From NCBI RefSeq assembly GCF_006345805.1, contig NC_042998.1:181350001-181414000 (forward strand): DNA of 64,000 nucleotides, in the 5' to 3' direction. Positions 63,380 to 64,000 of the stretch are shown here, piece after piece. A program made the position numbers and the translations under genes. The stretch's first letter is position 1, and each line of letters begins with the position of its first letter. Under the pieces are notes generated by a model. It was not told the origin of the DNA and did not search any database. It saw nothing but the letters and a program-made list of their open reading frames with translations. This DNA is from Octopus sinensis. Its lineage: Eukaryota.

Positions 63380-64000
63380 TTCTCTCTCAATAAATTTTCG
63401 CAATTTTGCACTTGTAAAACATTCTTCGATGTCCCAAATGCAGATGTTATTCAAATTACATGTATAATACATTACTGCACATCTCGATGTAACGCGGAAC
63501 CAATTTTCCTTTTGATGTTCATGTGTTTTAAATTGAAATTCGTCTCGATAGAATTTTCGAAATAACAAAAATCAGAGAAACAACACGAACAGAGAAAAGA
63601 GCAAGAAAAGAGCATGATCATTTTTATACATGAAAATAACCATATCGAAATATCTAAATGTACAATATGTATACATAAAAAACATTTTAAGAAAAATACG
63701 CTAAGGAATATGAATCGTAATATTGCAATATGGTACGTTCTTACAACAAAAGAGGCTGACTACTGTATGAGGAGGTGCTCTAAGTGTTACTGGGAGAATG
63801 AGGGTCACTATCTTCTAACGTATGGTTCATCATTATCATCATTTGCTTTAGTGGTGAAGAACTTATCCAAAGTTCTTTGATGGTTACGGCATATAAATTC
63901 TTTGTCAAGCTTAGTGTAGGAAAGGAGCTTATTGTAAACTACTTTCATAATTTTTATGGTGCCTTCGCGATTACTGTCGCTATCAGCAACAACTTGCAAA

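Overview
AT-rich, microsatellite-saturated eukaryotic DNA with no host protein-coding exon that I can support. Most ORFs in the track are translations of (TA)n, (TACA)n, (TAA)n or (GAA)n repeats. The SINE families point to an octopus (cephalopod) genome; this is an inference from repeat recognition. The window is a transposon graveyard: one full-length decayed Tc1-type element with DD36E (Incomer-like) spacing, two mariner relics, and many tRNA-derived SINEs of at least two families. It also holds stacked RLE-type (R4/Dong-like) LINE fragments in two lineages, one tied to (ATAC)n and one to (TAA)n microsatellites. Other relics are Penelope-like GIY-YIG pieces, RTE and CR1/Jockey-like remnants, a Helitron-like non-autonomous element and a gag-like ORF1 with no ORF2 after it. 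The most notable signal is RNA-structural: four minimal type I hammerhead ribozyme motifs. One of them sits in a non-coding 454-nt unit bounded by exact 40-bp direct repeats inside a (TA)n tract (55957-56450), the architecture expected of a retrozyme / circular-RNA-derived element. All folds, alignments and translations were done by eye and need computational confirmation.
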